From an uncultured Methylomirabilota bacterium (GTDB taxonomy: Bacteria > Methylomirabilota > Methylomirabilia > Methylomirabilales > 2-02-FULL-66-22), in contig OY970067.1 in the NCBI GenBank assembly GCA_963705305.1, positions 960,001 through 1,024,000 on the forward strand: a stretch of DNA of 64,000 nucleotides. Reading direction: 5' to 3'. A model generated the notes under the pieces. It was not told the DNA's origin. It made no database searches and was given only the letters and a program-made list of their open reading frames with translations. A program made the position numbers and the translations under genes. Shown one piece after another: positions 20,184-28,858 of this stretch; the stretch's first letter is position 1; each line of letters starts with the position of its first letter.

Positions 20184-21291
20184 GTGAAACAGGATACCAT
20201 ATTGTGGCCCTCGACGACAGCAAGCGCACCCTGGTGATGGGATCCTCCGGCCCGGAGCGGACGCGCCGGAGACGCGCTCGATCCCGAACGAACCGCGGCA
20301 CCTCCGCCGCCTGGTGGAACGCCTCAAGCGCGAGGGCCCAGTGAGGGTCTGCTACGAGGCCGGACCGTCGGGGTACGATCTCTACCGCCAGCTCACCGCC
20401 CTCGGCGTCACCTGCTAGGTCATCGCCCCCGCCCTGACGCCCCGCAAACCGGGCGACCGGATCAAGACCGATCGGCGGGATGCCGCCAAGTTGGTCCGCC
20501 TCTTCCGGGCTGGCGAGCTCACGCCCATCCGCGTGCCGGATGAGGCGGGGGAGGCGGGGCGCGATCTCCTCCGGTGTCGGGAGGACGTGCGGGAGGATCT
20601 CCTCTGCTGGCGCCATCGCCTGGTGAAGTTCCTGGCCCGCCACGGTCGGGTGTACCGCGAGGGCCGGAACTGGACCCAGCGCCACTGGGCTTGGCTCCGC
20701 CGCCAGTCCTTCCCCCTCCCGGCGTTGGACCGCACGTTGGCGGAGTACCGCTGCACGGTCGAACAGCTGCTCGCCCGGGTCGCGGACCTGGACCGGGAGC
20801 TTGCCGGCCTGGCGGACACGGAGGCCTACCGCACGCCGGTGGGGTGGCTCCGCTGCTTCCGGGGGATCGACACCCCCGCGGCCATGACCCTGCTCACCGA
20901 GCTCGGGGACTTTCACCGTTTCCCGCACCCGCGGTAGCTCATGGCGTACCTCGGACTCGTCCCCAGTGAAGACTCGTACGGCGATCGAGAGCGGCGCGGC
21001 AGCACTACCAAGGCCGGCAACACCCACGCCCGGCGCATCCTGGTCGAGGCATGCTGGCACTACCGGCACCCGCCGCGGCTCGGGGCCGCCCTGGCCCGCC
21101 GGAGCCAGGGACAGCCCCCGGCCATTCGAGCCCACGCGTGGCGGGCCCAGCTCCGCCTCCATCGGCGGTATCGGCATCTCGTCGGCCATGGGAAACGCGC
21201 CCCGGTCGCCGTGGTGGCGTGCGCCCGCGAATTGGTCGGCTTCCTCTGGGCCGCGCTGACACACCCGGACCCGGTCGCCCTGGCGGCGTAG
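20184..21291 (+). pseudogene. IS110 transposase, frameshifted with nonsense mutations
   Basis: VALDDSK, VCYEAGPSGY, IKTDRRDA, AYLGLVPSE; shifts near 20203 and 20242; TAG at 20416 and 20935. Confidence 0.92.
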
Positions 21292-21364
21292 CTGGAACCT
21301 CGGAGGCGAGTGCATGTCATCCCATCCTGCGGCAGCCAGGGATCCGCGCGCGGTGCCGGCACGA

Positions 21365-21515
21365 TTGGAGAGCCCTCGCCGTCCCCTTGCGACACTCGGG
21401 CCTTGGCCCGGGCGACTCGCGCCTTTAGACGGAGGCCGCTCCCGACGGAGCACGGTCATGCGGCTCGGCCCGGCAGGGCAATCCGCGCATATCAGAGTGA
21501 TTCGTCGTCGAAGCC
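21365..21515 (+). ncRNA. Putative bridge RNA/seekRNA of IS110 copy 2 (boundaries approximate)
   Basis: CGTCCCCT 21380-21387 = revcomp of core+right flank; CATATCAGA 21488-21496 = predicted circle junction; GGTC 21454-21457 = revcomp of left end GACC. Confidence 0.75.
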
Positions 21516-22019
21516 GCCTCATCGGGCGCGGCCCCGGCTGCCGCAGGAACCCCGTCCCACGAACCGATGCCCGCTCCGTACGCTGCGTGCTCCGCGGGCG
21601 AGCCCGAACAACGGAGAGCGTTATCGCTGACACTTTACTCTTGACATTCGGCTTTCCATATCAGGGGACGTAGTAGAGATAATAGACTTATTTCCCTCAG
21701 GCTGGCTCCTCCATCCCCATTCTCCCAGTTCGCCGCGCGCGCTCCAGGACTGGTCGATCCTCCAGAATGACACGGGCCATGTGGACCTTGACGGGCGCCT
21801 CGCGTGGCCTCCGGCGTGCGCCGGAATGGCGCGGACGAAGTCCCGCCTGGCCCCACTACCACGGACTGGCCGCCTGGCGAGGCCAAGCCCACCGTTGTCA
21901 GCACAAGATGTCCGTGGTATGGTTCCGAAAGCCCTTCGGGCGATGTCCGCCCGCGGGGCCACTTCGCCACTTTTTTTCGGCGAGGCCCGAACACGGCCTC
22001 GCGGCGCCCGGCTGTGCCC

Positions 22020-22967
22020 ATGTGGATATTCGACCGACCGAATAGGCCATCCGCCGGCTCCGGGTCAATCGTCCGGGCGCTGGCCGTCTGCCTGGCCGCC
22101 CTGCTCCTCCTTTCCTCCTGCGCGCCGGATCAGAAGGCCCGGGGGCCGGAGCGCGAGGGGGATGTCCTCTTCCGTGCCGAATCCCCCGCCGCAACATCGG
22201 AGGGGGCCCAGGCCGTCCCGGGCCCGCCCCTGCATCGCCTGGGAATCCTGATCCCTGCCAAGGCGCCGGCCTGGCAGGCGGCATGGGTGGAAGGCAAGTC
22301 GAATGCCGGCGGCGGCCAAGGTGCCATGGCCGGTTTCGTTATGGGGATCGGCATGTTGCAGGCAGCCCCGGTGGCTTTGCTCTTCTGGCCGGCGGCTGTG
22401 GGGATGGTCGCGGGTGCCACCACCTTCGGGGCGCTGGGTGGCCAGATCGAAGAGACACCGCTGTCCCACGTGACACCGGCGGACCGCGCGGCAATGCTCG
22501 AAGCCGCCGGCACCCTCAAGCCCGACCAGCTGATGCGGGAGGCGGCGCGCGAGGCCCTGGACCGGCGTCTCCATCACCCGATGGAACTGGTGGAGGGTCC
22601 GGAGAACGCCAGCGAGCCGGGGCCGCAGTTTCTGGCGGCGGCCCACACCCGAGGCCTGGACGGCGTCCTGGATCTCACCCTGCAAGGCTTCGGCCTGGCG
22701 GCCGGGGAGGAGAAAAGAACCTACGCCGTCTTTCTGCAGCTTCGGGCTCGCATCCTGGGGGCACCGGACGGGCGGCTTCGATACCAGCGGATCTTCGAGT
22801 ACGGGCCCGGCCGGCCGCCGCTTCACGGTCCGAGGCCCGACTGGCACACGGTGGAGTTCTTGGCCATGGATCAGGCCCGGGTTTTCCGGATGGAGGTCCG
22901 GGAGGCGATCCTGAGGACGGCGCGGGCCTTGGCCAGGGATCCGGCACTTCCGGTGGCGGCGCCCTGA
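22020..22967 (+). CDS. Putative lipoprotein, unknown function
   Basis: LLLLSS-C lipobox; Gly-rich hydrophobic hairpin; start uncertain. Confidence 0.65.
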   Translation: MWIFDRPNRPSAGSGSIVRALAVCLAALLLLSSCAPDQKARGPEREGDVLFRAESPAATSEGAQAVPGPPLHRLGILIPAKAPAWQAAWVEGKSNAGGGQGAMAGFVMGIGMLQAAPVALLFWPAAVGMVAGATTFGALGGQIEETPLSHVTPADRAAMLEAAGTLKPDQLMREAAREALDRRLHHPMELVEGPENASEPGPQFLAAAHTRGLDGVLDLTLQGFGLAAGEEKRTYAVFLQLRARILGAPDGRLRYQRIFEYGPGRPPLHGPRPDWHTVEFLAMDQARVFRMEVREAILRTARALARDPALPVAAP

Positions 22968-23285
22968 TTACTCGGCGGCTCTCCCGCCACGCAGCCGGAC
23001 GACCGTGGCGCCCCACCCGCCGCGCTCGGGAGGCGCGTCATTGAACTCGTCGACGAGGGCATGGCCTGTCAGGATCTTCCGCACGATGGCCCGCTGCGTT
23101 CCTGTCCCGCGGCCGTGAATGAGGCGCACCTCCCGGAATCCTCGATGGGCGCAGGCCTCCAGGTACTCCTCCACGACGCCGGGGATGTCACGGGGCGCGA
23201 AGGTGTGGAGATCCAGCGCGTCCTCGATAGGCACTACGACCTCGCCCTCGTCATCTTGCCCGGGAATGGTGTTGGGCGTCGTCAT
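22968..23285 (-). CDS. Smr/MutS2 C-terminal domain protein
   Basis: LDLH, IHGRGTG, GGWGAT motifs. Confidence 0.92.
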   Translation of the reverse strand: MTTPNTIPGQDDEGEVVVPIEDALDLHTFAPRDIPGVVEEYLEACAHRGFREVRLIHGRGTGTQRAIVRKILTGHALVDEFNDAPPERGGWGATVVRLRGGRAAE

Positions 23286-23390
23286 GGGGTGACCCCGTCG
23301 AAATCCGAACGTCCAATCAATGGGCTCGGCGGATGCCGTCCTGGTACCTTTCCGGTCGCCGGTTTTCCAGTTTCAGTTGCAGGAGCAGCC

Positions 23391-24809
23391 TCACCCCTCC
23401 AGTGGCGGGCGGCGATTCCGCAGGGGGCTCGCCGTCTCGTACGCGCGGCCGAGGCGCAAGAGCGTGCCCTCATCGAAAAGCCGCCCGATCAGTTGAAGGC
23501 CGATGGGCAAGCCGGCCGTCGTGAGCCCGCACGGCACGGAGAGGGCGGGGTGTCCGGTCACGTTGAAGGGCCGGGTGCAGCGGGTTAGCCACCCGCGGAC
23601 ATCCTGGCGCACCCCCTCCAACGTCACCGTCTCCTCCTCCACCCGGGGGGCCGGGAGGGGGGTGGTGGGCGTCAGCAGCGCGTCCACCCGATGCAGCACG
23701 GCCTCCACCTCGGCCTGGATCACGCGGCGCGCCCGCTGGGCCTTGAGGTACTGCGTGGCCAGCACGAACTGGCCGGTGCCAAGACGCGCGCGGACATCCG
23801 GCCCATACTCTGCAGCGCGGGTTTTGAGGTAGCGCTCGTGATAGGCCGTGGCCTCCGAGGCGATGATGGCGAACGAGGCGGCCCCCGCATGCTGAATCCG
23901 CGGCAGCCGGATCTCTTCCAGCGAGACCCCGAGCGCCTCGAGGGCGTGCGCGGCCCCCTCGACGGCCGAGCGGACCTCGGGGTCCAGCCGCTCGAAGAAC
24001 AGATCCCGGACGATCCCCAGGCGGATGCCCCGGGCATCGCGTTCCATCTCCCGGATATAGTCGGGAACGGGCCGGTCCACTGTGGACGGGTCCCGCGGGT
24101 CCCGGCCCGCCAGAACCTGCAAGAGCAGGCCTGCGTCCATCACCGTCCGGGTCATGGGACCCACGTGGTCCAGCGACCACGCCAGGGGGATGACGCCGGC
24201 CCGGCTCACCCGGCCGTAGGTGGGCTTGAGCCCCACGATGCCGCACAGCGAGGCCGGAATCCGGACCGAGCCGCCAGTATCCGTGCCCAGGGCGCCGGCA
24301 CAGAGATCGGCCGCCACCGCCGCCCCCGAGCCGCTGCTCGATCCGCCCGGCATATGCCCGCGCTTCCACGGGTTTGCCGCCGTGCCGTAATGGGGGTTCA
24401 CGCCGGTGGGGCCATACGCGAACTCGTGCATGTTCAGCTTGCCCAGCAGGATCGCCCCGGCCTGGGCCAGGCGGGCCGCAACGGTGGCATCGGCCTCCGG
24501 CACCCACTCCCGCAGGATGCGAGAGCCGCAGGTCGTCCGGATCCCCCGGGTCATGACCAGGTCCTTCAGCGCCACGGGGATGCCGTGCAGCGGGCCCCGG
24601 TACCGTCCCTGGCCGATCTCCCGCTCGGCCGCCTCGGCCGCGGCGGTCGCCTCCGTCTGGAGGACGGTGAGGTAGCAGTGGAGCGAGCCGTCCAGGCGAT
24701 GGATCCGATCCAGGTAGGCCCGGGTCAGCTCCACCGGAGACAGGGCGCGGCGGCGGATCTGCTCGGCAGCCTCCGCCAGGCTGAGCCGGGTCAACGCATC
24801 AGGCGCCAT
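23391..24809 (-). CDS. Amidase signature family protein (GatA/AtzE-like)
   Basis: GPLHGIPVALKD, GGSSSGS, GTDTGGSVRIPA. Confidence 0.93.
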   Translation of the reverse strand: MAPDALTRLSLAEAAEQIRRRALSPVELTRAYLDRIHRLDGSLHCYLTVLQTEATAAAEAAEREIGQGRYRGPLHGIPVALKDLVMTRGIRTTCGSRILREWVPEADATVAARLAQAGAILLGKLNMHEFAYGPTGVNPHYGTAANPWKRGHMPGGSSSGSGAAVAADLCAGALGTDTGGSVRIPASLCGIVGLKPTYGRVSRAGVIPLAWSLDHVGPMTRTVMDAGLLLQVLAGRDPRDPSTVDRPVPDYIREMERDARGIRLGIVRDLFFERLDPEVRSAVEGAAHALEALGVSLEEIRLPRIQHAGAASFAIIASEATAYHERYLKTRAAEYGPDVRARLGTGQFVLATQYLKAQRARRVIQAEVEAVLHRVDALLTPTTPLPAPRVEEETVTLEGVRQDVRGWLTRCTRPFNVTGHPALSVPCGLTTAGLPIGLQLIGRLFDEGTLLRLGRAYETASPLRNRRPPLEG

Positions 24810-25002
24810 GGGTTTCCTCCGCCGGAGGCAGCAGGACGGTGGCGGGCTCTACGTCGAGCAGGTCCAGCTCGTCCAGCCGGTCCAGCCCGTCGAGCTGGGC
24901 GCCCAGCTGCGCCACGGCGACCGGCAGATCCTGCGGTTCCACCGGAACCCGCGAGAGCTTCTGGCTGATGGTCTTCAAGAGGTGAGCGGTGATGGCCGGC
25001 AT
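24799..25002 (-). CDS. Small amidase partner subunit (GatC/AtzG-like)
   Basis: 67 aa, AGGAGG RBS, overlaps amidase start, C-terminal LDLLDVEPA. Confidence 0.65.
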   Translation of the reverse strand: MPAITAHLLKTISQKLSRVPVEPQDLPVAVAQLGAQLDGLDRLDELDLLDVEPATVLLPPAEETHGA

Positions 25003-25199
25003 GATCTCCTCCTGGAAAGTGGGGATGAACGGGTCGTACTCTAGCAAGCGCGGAGGCGATCTGTCCACCCCAAAGCCGAGGGGGAAAGCGGCAGGAACGG
25101 GAGTTTTTATGCGGGAGTTTTAGGCTGGGGGTCCTGCTGCACAACCAGGCGATGAGATGACTGCACGAGGGTGTTCCGGCGGGCGGGCGGAAGCGAGCG

Positions 25200-25397
25200 G
25201 ACAAAGAAAAAGGCCTCGAAGCATTCACGGCGTGCTGGCCGCCCCGGTGGACAAGGCCGGGAACTTCGAGGCCCGGCGATTGCTGGGATTCCGCAGACGA
25301 AACCCCGGGCGTTCGCCTGAGCGGGGAATCGCCTACGTTACAATCACCTCAGCTGTCCAGTTTAATATGCCCACTGGATCACCTCCTTTCTGCTGTA
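25200..25397 (-). ncRNA. Candidate structured small RNA / micropeptide mRNA with 18-nt complement to the 16S rRNA 3' end
   Basis: AGAAAGGAGGTGATCCAG (25391-25374); 13-aa ORF 25374-25333; stems 25275-25281/25327-25333 and 25212-25221/25264-25273 followed by U-tract. Confidence 0.6.
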
Positions 25398-25402
25398 GCG
25401 CC

Positions 25403-25431
25403 ACCCTACAAAGAACTTTCACCGGACGCAA
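25403..25431 (-). promoter_or_regulatory. Sigma-70 promoter of the candidate small RNA
   Basis: TTGCGT-N17-TAGGGT, T-tract upstream. Confidence 0.55.
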
Positions 25432-25530
25432 GAAAAAAATGCGCGCCAAACGCGTCGATAACGATTTTTTGCGCCCGAGGGGCGCCGAGAGCCTTGAGCT
25501 CTGTCGTGCCACCGGGCAGGAGGGAGAGCC

Positions 25531-25890
25531 ATGGTTGACTGGCCGGAGCTGACCCGACGGAAGAAGCGCCTCAACGCCGAGATCCTGAAAAGCCGCATGC
25601 AGGTCTACTCGCGATTTCAGGAGGCGGGGAAGCAGGTCTTCGCCGACGGCGCCATCAGCAAGAAGCACAAGGAGCTCATGGCCCTGGCGGTGGCCATCTC
25701 CCAGAATTGCTTTGACTGAATCGAGCACCGTGTCGAGGAGGTCCTCGACCTGGGAGGAACCGACGCCGAGCTGGCCGAGGCGTTGGATGTGGGCTTGCTG
25801 ATGGGCGGCACCCTGGCTGTCAAGTCCGTGCGGTATGCCTTCGAGGTCCTGGGAGAGATTCGGAAAGCCAAGGGTTCCGGACGGCCCTGA
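25531..25890 (+). CDS. AhpD-like / carboxymuconolactone decarboxylase family selenoprotein (CxxU)
   Basis: KELMALAVAISQNCFD-TGA(25717)-IEHRVEE...ELAEAL...MGG continues in frame; hairpin GTCGAGG-AGGT-CCTCGAC 25732-25749. Confidence 0.85.
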
Positions 25891-26081
25891 CGCCGGAGAG
25901 GGGGGTTACCAAGAAGTACGCGGCCAGGCCCACCTTGATGGCCACCGGATTTCCGCCCCAGAGGATGGCGAAAGCCCGGCGCCTTCCCCATCTTAGCGGA
26001 CGAGGCGCGTCTCCGGGCTCCGCGCAGAAGCGCAGCCGCTGAAGGTCTCGGGCCGGGTAGAGCGCAGCGATCGGCAAGCGG

Positions 26082-26618
26082 TCAGCCGCCCTCGGGAGTC
26101 CGCGCGTGCTTTCCGGGCTCGGGTGGAATATTCAGGACCTCGCGGGGGAAGTGCTCCACGATGTATTCAACGATGTCCTTCACCGACAGGATGCCTAGGA
26201 TGCGTCGTTCGGCATCTACCAGCGGGACATGCCGGAACCCGCCCACGCTCATCAGTTGCAGGGCGAAGGCGATGGGATCCTCCGGCGAAAGAGTCTCCGG
26301 ATTCCGGGTCATGACCCCGTCCACGCTCACCGCCGCCGGATCATACCCGGTACCCACGAGCTTGGTCAGGATGTCCCGCTCGGTGAAGATCCCGACCAGC
26401 CGCCCGGCCTCCTCCACCAGGACACAGCCGATGCGGTTCTGCTTCATCACGCGAGCAGCGTCCCCGATCGTCGTTCCCAAGGGAATGGAGATGTGGCGGG
26501 CGCGCAGGTGCAACGTGCTGATCGGATTGCCGAACAGCTCCCGACCAAGGACCTTTCCCGCTCCGGACTCGTCCTCGTATCGCAGATCTTCGTCGTAAAT
26601 CGTCTCCCCGGTTTCCAT
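26082..26618 (-). CDS. CBS domain pair protein
   Basis: LVGIFTERDI, VMTRNPET, FRHVPLVD, GILSVKDI. Confidence 0.9.
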   Translation of the reverse strand: METGETIYDEDLRYEDESGAGKVLGRELFGNPISTLHLRARHISIPLGTTIGDAARVMKQNRIGCVLVEEAGRLVGIFTERDILTKLVGTGYDPAAVSVDGVMTRNPETLSPEDPIAFALQLMSVGGFRHVPLVDAERRILGILSVKDIVEYIVEHFPREVLNIPPEPGKHARTPEGG

Positions 26619-26754
26619 GGATAATCCTCCCCCGACCCGTTGCTCCTCTCCGCACAGCGGCCGCACCGGCCGTGCGTGATGATAGGTCGCTGGCCGCCGA
26701 AGCGTCAACCGAAAGATGCCCCACCCGAGACGGATCAGGGAACCTCGCGAAAAA

Positions 26755-26919
26755 TCAGCTCTTTCGAGAGGTTTTGGCGAAGAAGCCGGTCATGAGGGGC
26801 TCGAGTTCGGTGGAGCCGCAGGAAGGGCAGACAGGCTTCTTTTCCTCCCGCTCCCGGATTGTCATGGTGACCGTGAATTCCTTTTGGCACTTGGTGCAGC
26901 TGAATTCGTAGGTCGGCAT
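26755..26919 (-). CDS. FmdB-family zinc-ribbon protein
   Basis: MPTYEFSCTKC...CPSCGS...FFAKTSRKS. Confidence 0.85.
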   Translation of the reverse strand: MPTYEFSCTKCQKEFTVTMTIREREEKKPVCPSCGSTELEPLMTGFFAKTSRKS

Positions 26920-27088
26920 GGCCATCTCTCCTTCCTGCCGCATGTTCGGCCAGGGCAGGACCTGCACTCGCATACAGTGTAGGGCCGAGCACCCGACATT
27001 TCCAGCTTCCAAACTCCTTGACTTCCCCCCCTGCACGCCTACAATCCGCAGGGATGATTTGGTTGACTCGTTGAAACAGGAGGAACCT

Positions 27089-27892
27089 ATGCCAACGCAA
27101 TCGCTTGCCGGTCTCCTTGGGGGCCGCACGGTATTCGACCTCGGCATGGAACTATACCCCGGCATGCCGCATGTTCCCCTCCACTCGCCCTTCATGTATC
27201 AGATGGTCCGGACGCACGGCGACCTGATGTACGGTGAAGGCGTGAGCGCGGCCGTCGACATCTTCAACATGAGCTGCCACACGGGCACCCACCTGGACGG
27301 GCTGGGGCATTTTGCCAAGAATCTCTGCCTGCACGGCGGGATCCCGGCGGATCAGGGACAGAGCAAGCTGGAGGGCATCAAGACCTGCGGCATCCAGACT
27401 GTGCCTCCCATGTGGCAGCGCGGTGTCCTCCTGGATGTGGCAGCCACGCAGGGTGTCCCCATCCTCGAGCCCACACAGGTCATTGGACCCAAGGACCTCG
27501 AGGCGGCGGCCAAGGCGGCGAACGTTCAGATCCGTCCCGGGGACGTCGTCCTCATCCGGACGGGCTGGATTCGCCTCTGGCCGGATCAGCGGAAGTACTA
27601 CAGCGTCCAGACGGGACAGCCCGGGGTCAACGCCGAGGCGGCCCGCTGGGTCACCGGGCAGGGGGCGGTGTGTCTCGGCAGCGACAACTTCGCTGTGGAG
27701 GTCACGCCCACGCCCAACAACACCCATCCCGTCCACATCCATTGCCTGGTGAAGAAGGGGGTGCACCTGCTGGAGGTGGCCAACCTGGAAGAGCTTAGCC
27801 GGACGAAGACGTTCGAGTTCCTGCTGGTCCTGGTGCCCATGAAGATCCGGGGAGGAACCGCCAGTCCCATTCGCCCACTGGCGGTGGTCTAG
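27089..27892 (+). CDS. Cyclase family protein (kynurenine formamidase-like metal hydrolase)
   Basis: HTGTHLDG, GDVVLIRTGW, GGTASPIRP; AGGAGG RBS. Confidence 0.92.
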   Translation: MPTQSLAGLLGGRTVFDLGMELYPGMPHVPLHSPFMYQMVRTHGDLMYGEGVSAAVDIFNMSCHTGTHLDGLGHFAKNLCLHGGIPADQGQSKLEGIKTCGIQTVPPMWQRGVLLDVAATQGVPILEPTQVIGPKDLEAAAKAANVQIRPGDVVLIRTGWIRLWPDQRKYYSVQTGQPGVNAEAARWVTGQGAVCLGSDNFAVEVTPTPNNTHPVHIHCLVKKGVHLLEVANLEELSRTKTFEFLLVLVPMKIRGGTASPIRPLAVV

Positions 27893-27919
27893 CCGACGCC
27901 CCGTCCCGAGGATGCGCTC

Positions 27920-28858
27920 ATGCCGTTCAGTCTTTGCCAGGAGATCATCGACAATATCGCCCGGGTTATCGTGGGCAAGCGGGACGCCATCGAGCTGCTG
28001 CTGGCGGCCCTGCTGGCCGACGGCCACGTGCTGCTGGAAGACCTGCCCGGCCTGGGGAAGACGCTGATCGCCAAGTCGCTGGCCCGTAGTATCGGCGTGG
28101 ACTTCAAGAGGGTGCAGTTCACCCCCGACCTGCTGCCCGCCGACATCACCGGCTTCAACGTCTACAGCCAGCCGACGGGGCAGTTCGTCTTTCATCCCGG
28201 ACCCGTCATGACCCATGTGCTCCTGGCCGACGAGATCAACCGCACCATCCCACGAACCCAGTCCAGCCTTCTGGAGAGCATGGAGGAGCGCCAGGTCACC
28301 GTCGACGGCAAGACCTATCCCCTGCCTCGACCGTTCTTCGTCCTGGCGACCCAGAATCCCATCGAGCTGGAGGGGACGTTCCCGCTCCCCGAAGCGCAGC
28401 TGGACAGGTTTCTGCTGCGCGCCCGCCTGGGCTATCCCGGGAGGGAGGAGGAGATCGCCATCCTGGAGCGGTTTCAGGACCGGGATCCGCTGCGTGAGCT
28501 GGAGCCGGTCGCAACCCCGGACGAGGTATCCGCGCTCCAGGACGCCCGCAGGAAGATCCTCGTCTCCCCGCCGGTTCGGGACTACATCACGACCATCGTG
28601 CGGGCCACGCGCACGAGCCCTGCGCTGCGGCTGGGTGCCAGCCCCCGAGGGTCCCTGGCCCTGATGCGCGCGGCCCAGGCCATGGCCGGCCTGCGGGGCC
28701 GGTCGTACGTGCTGCCCGACGATGTGAAGGGCCTAGTCGTCCCCGTCCTCGCCCACCGCCTGATCCTCCGGGAAGAAGAGCGGCTGCGGGGAGAAACCCA
28801 TGAGCACATCCTGGAGGAGATCCTGGGCCGCCTCCCCGTCCCCGCCCCCGCGCGGTGA
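27920..28858 (+). CDS. moxR: MoxR-family AAA+ ATPase
   Basis: LLEDLPGLGKT, RVQFTPDLLPAD, LADEINR, ATQNPIE, PEAQLDRF. Confidence 0.95.
   Translation: MPFSLCQEIIDNIARVIVGKRDAIELLLAALLADGHVLLEDLPGLGKTLIAKSLARSIGVDFKRVQFTPDLLPADITGFNVYSQPTGQFVFHPGPVMTHVLLADEINRTIPRTQSSLLESMEERQVTVDGKTYPLPRPFFVLATQNPIELEGTFPLPEAQLDRFLLRARLGYPGREEEIAILERFQDRDPLRELEPVATPDEVSALQDARRKILVSPPVRDYITTIVRATRTSPALRLGASPRGSLALMRAAQAMAGLRGRSYVLPDDVKGLVVPVLAHRLILREEERLRGETHEHILEEILGRLPVPAPAR

Larger units (their letters stand above)
20095..21664 (+). mobile_element. IS110-family element, IS1111-type (copy 2)
   Basis: Subterminal IR ATATGGAAAG 20100-20109 / CTTTCCATAT 21652-21661; AG core at 20095-20096 and 21663-21664; outward TTGACA 21641-21646. 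Confidence 0.85.

Noticed and set aside
20416..20937. In-frame TAG codons as pyrrolysine/readthrough
   Set aside because: The gene also has frameshifts; ordinary pseudogene decay
1469..21291. Impression of directional AT-to-GC hypermutation in the IS copies
   Set aside because: No intact reference available; the two TAG stops in copy 2 look like C-to-T changes, the opposite direction
25374..25391. Possible 16S rRNA gene fragment
   Set aside because: Match limited to 18 nt; no helix 44/45 sequence upstream; context is a promoter-ORF-terminator unit on the other strand
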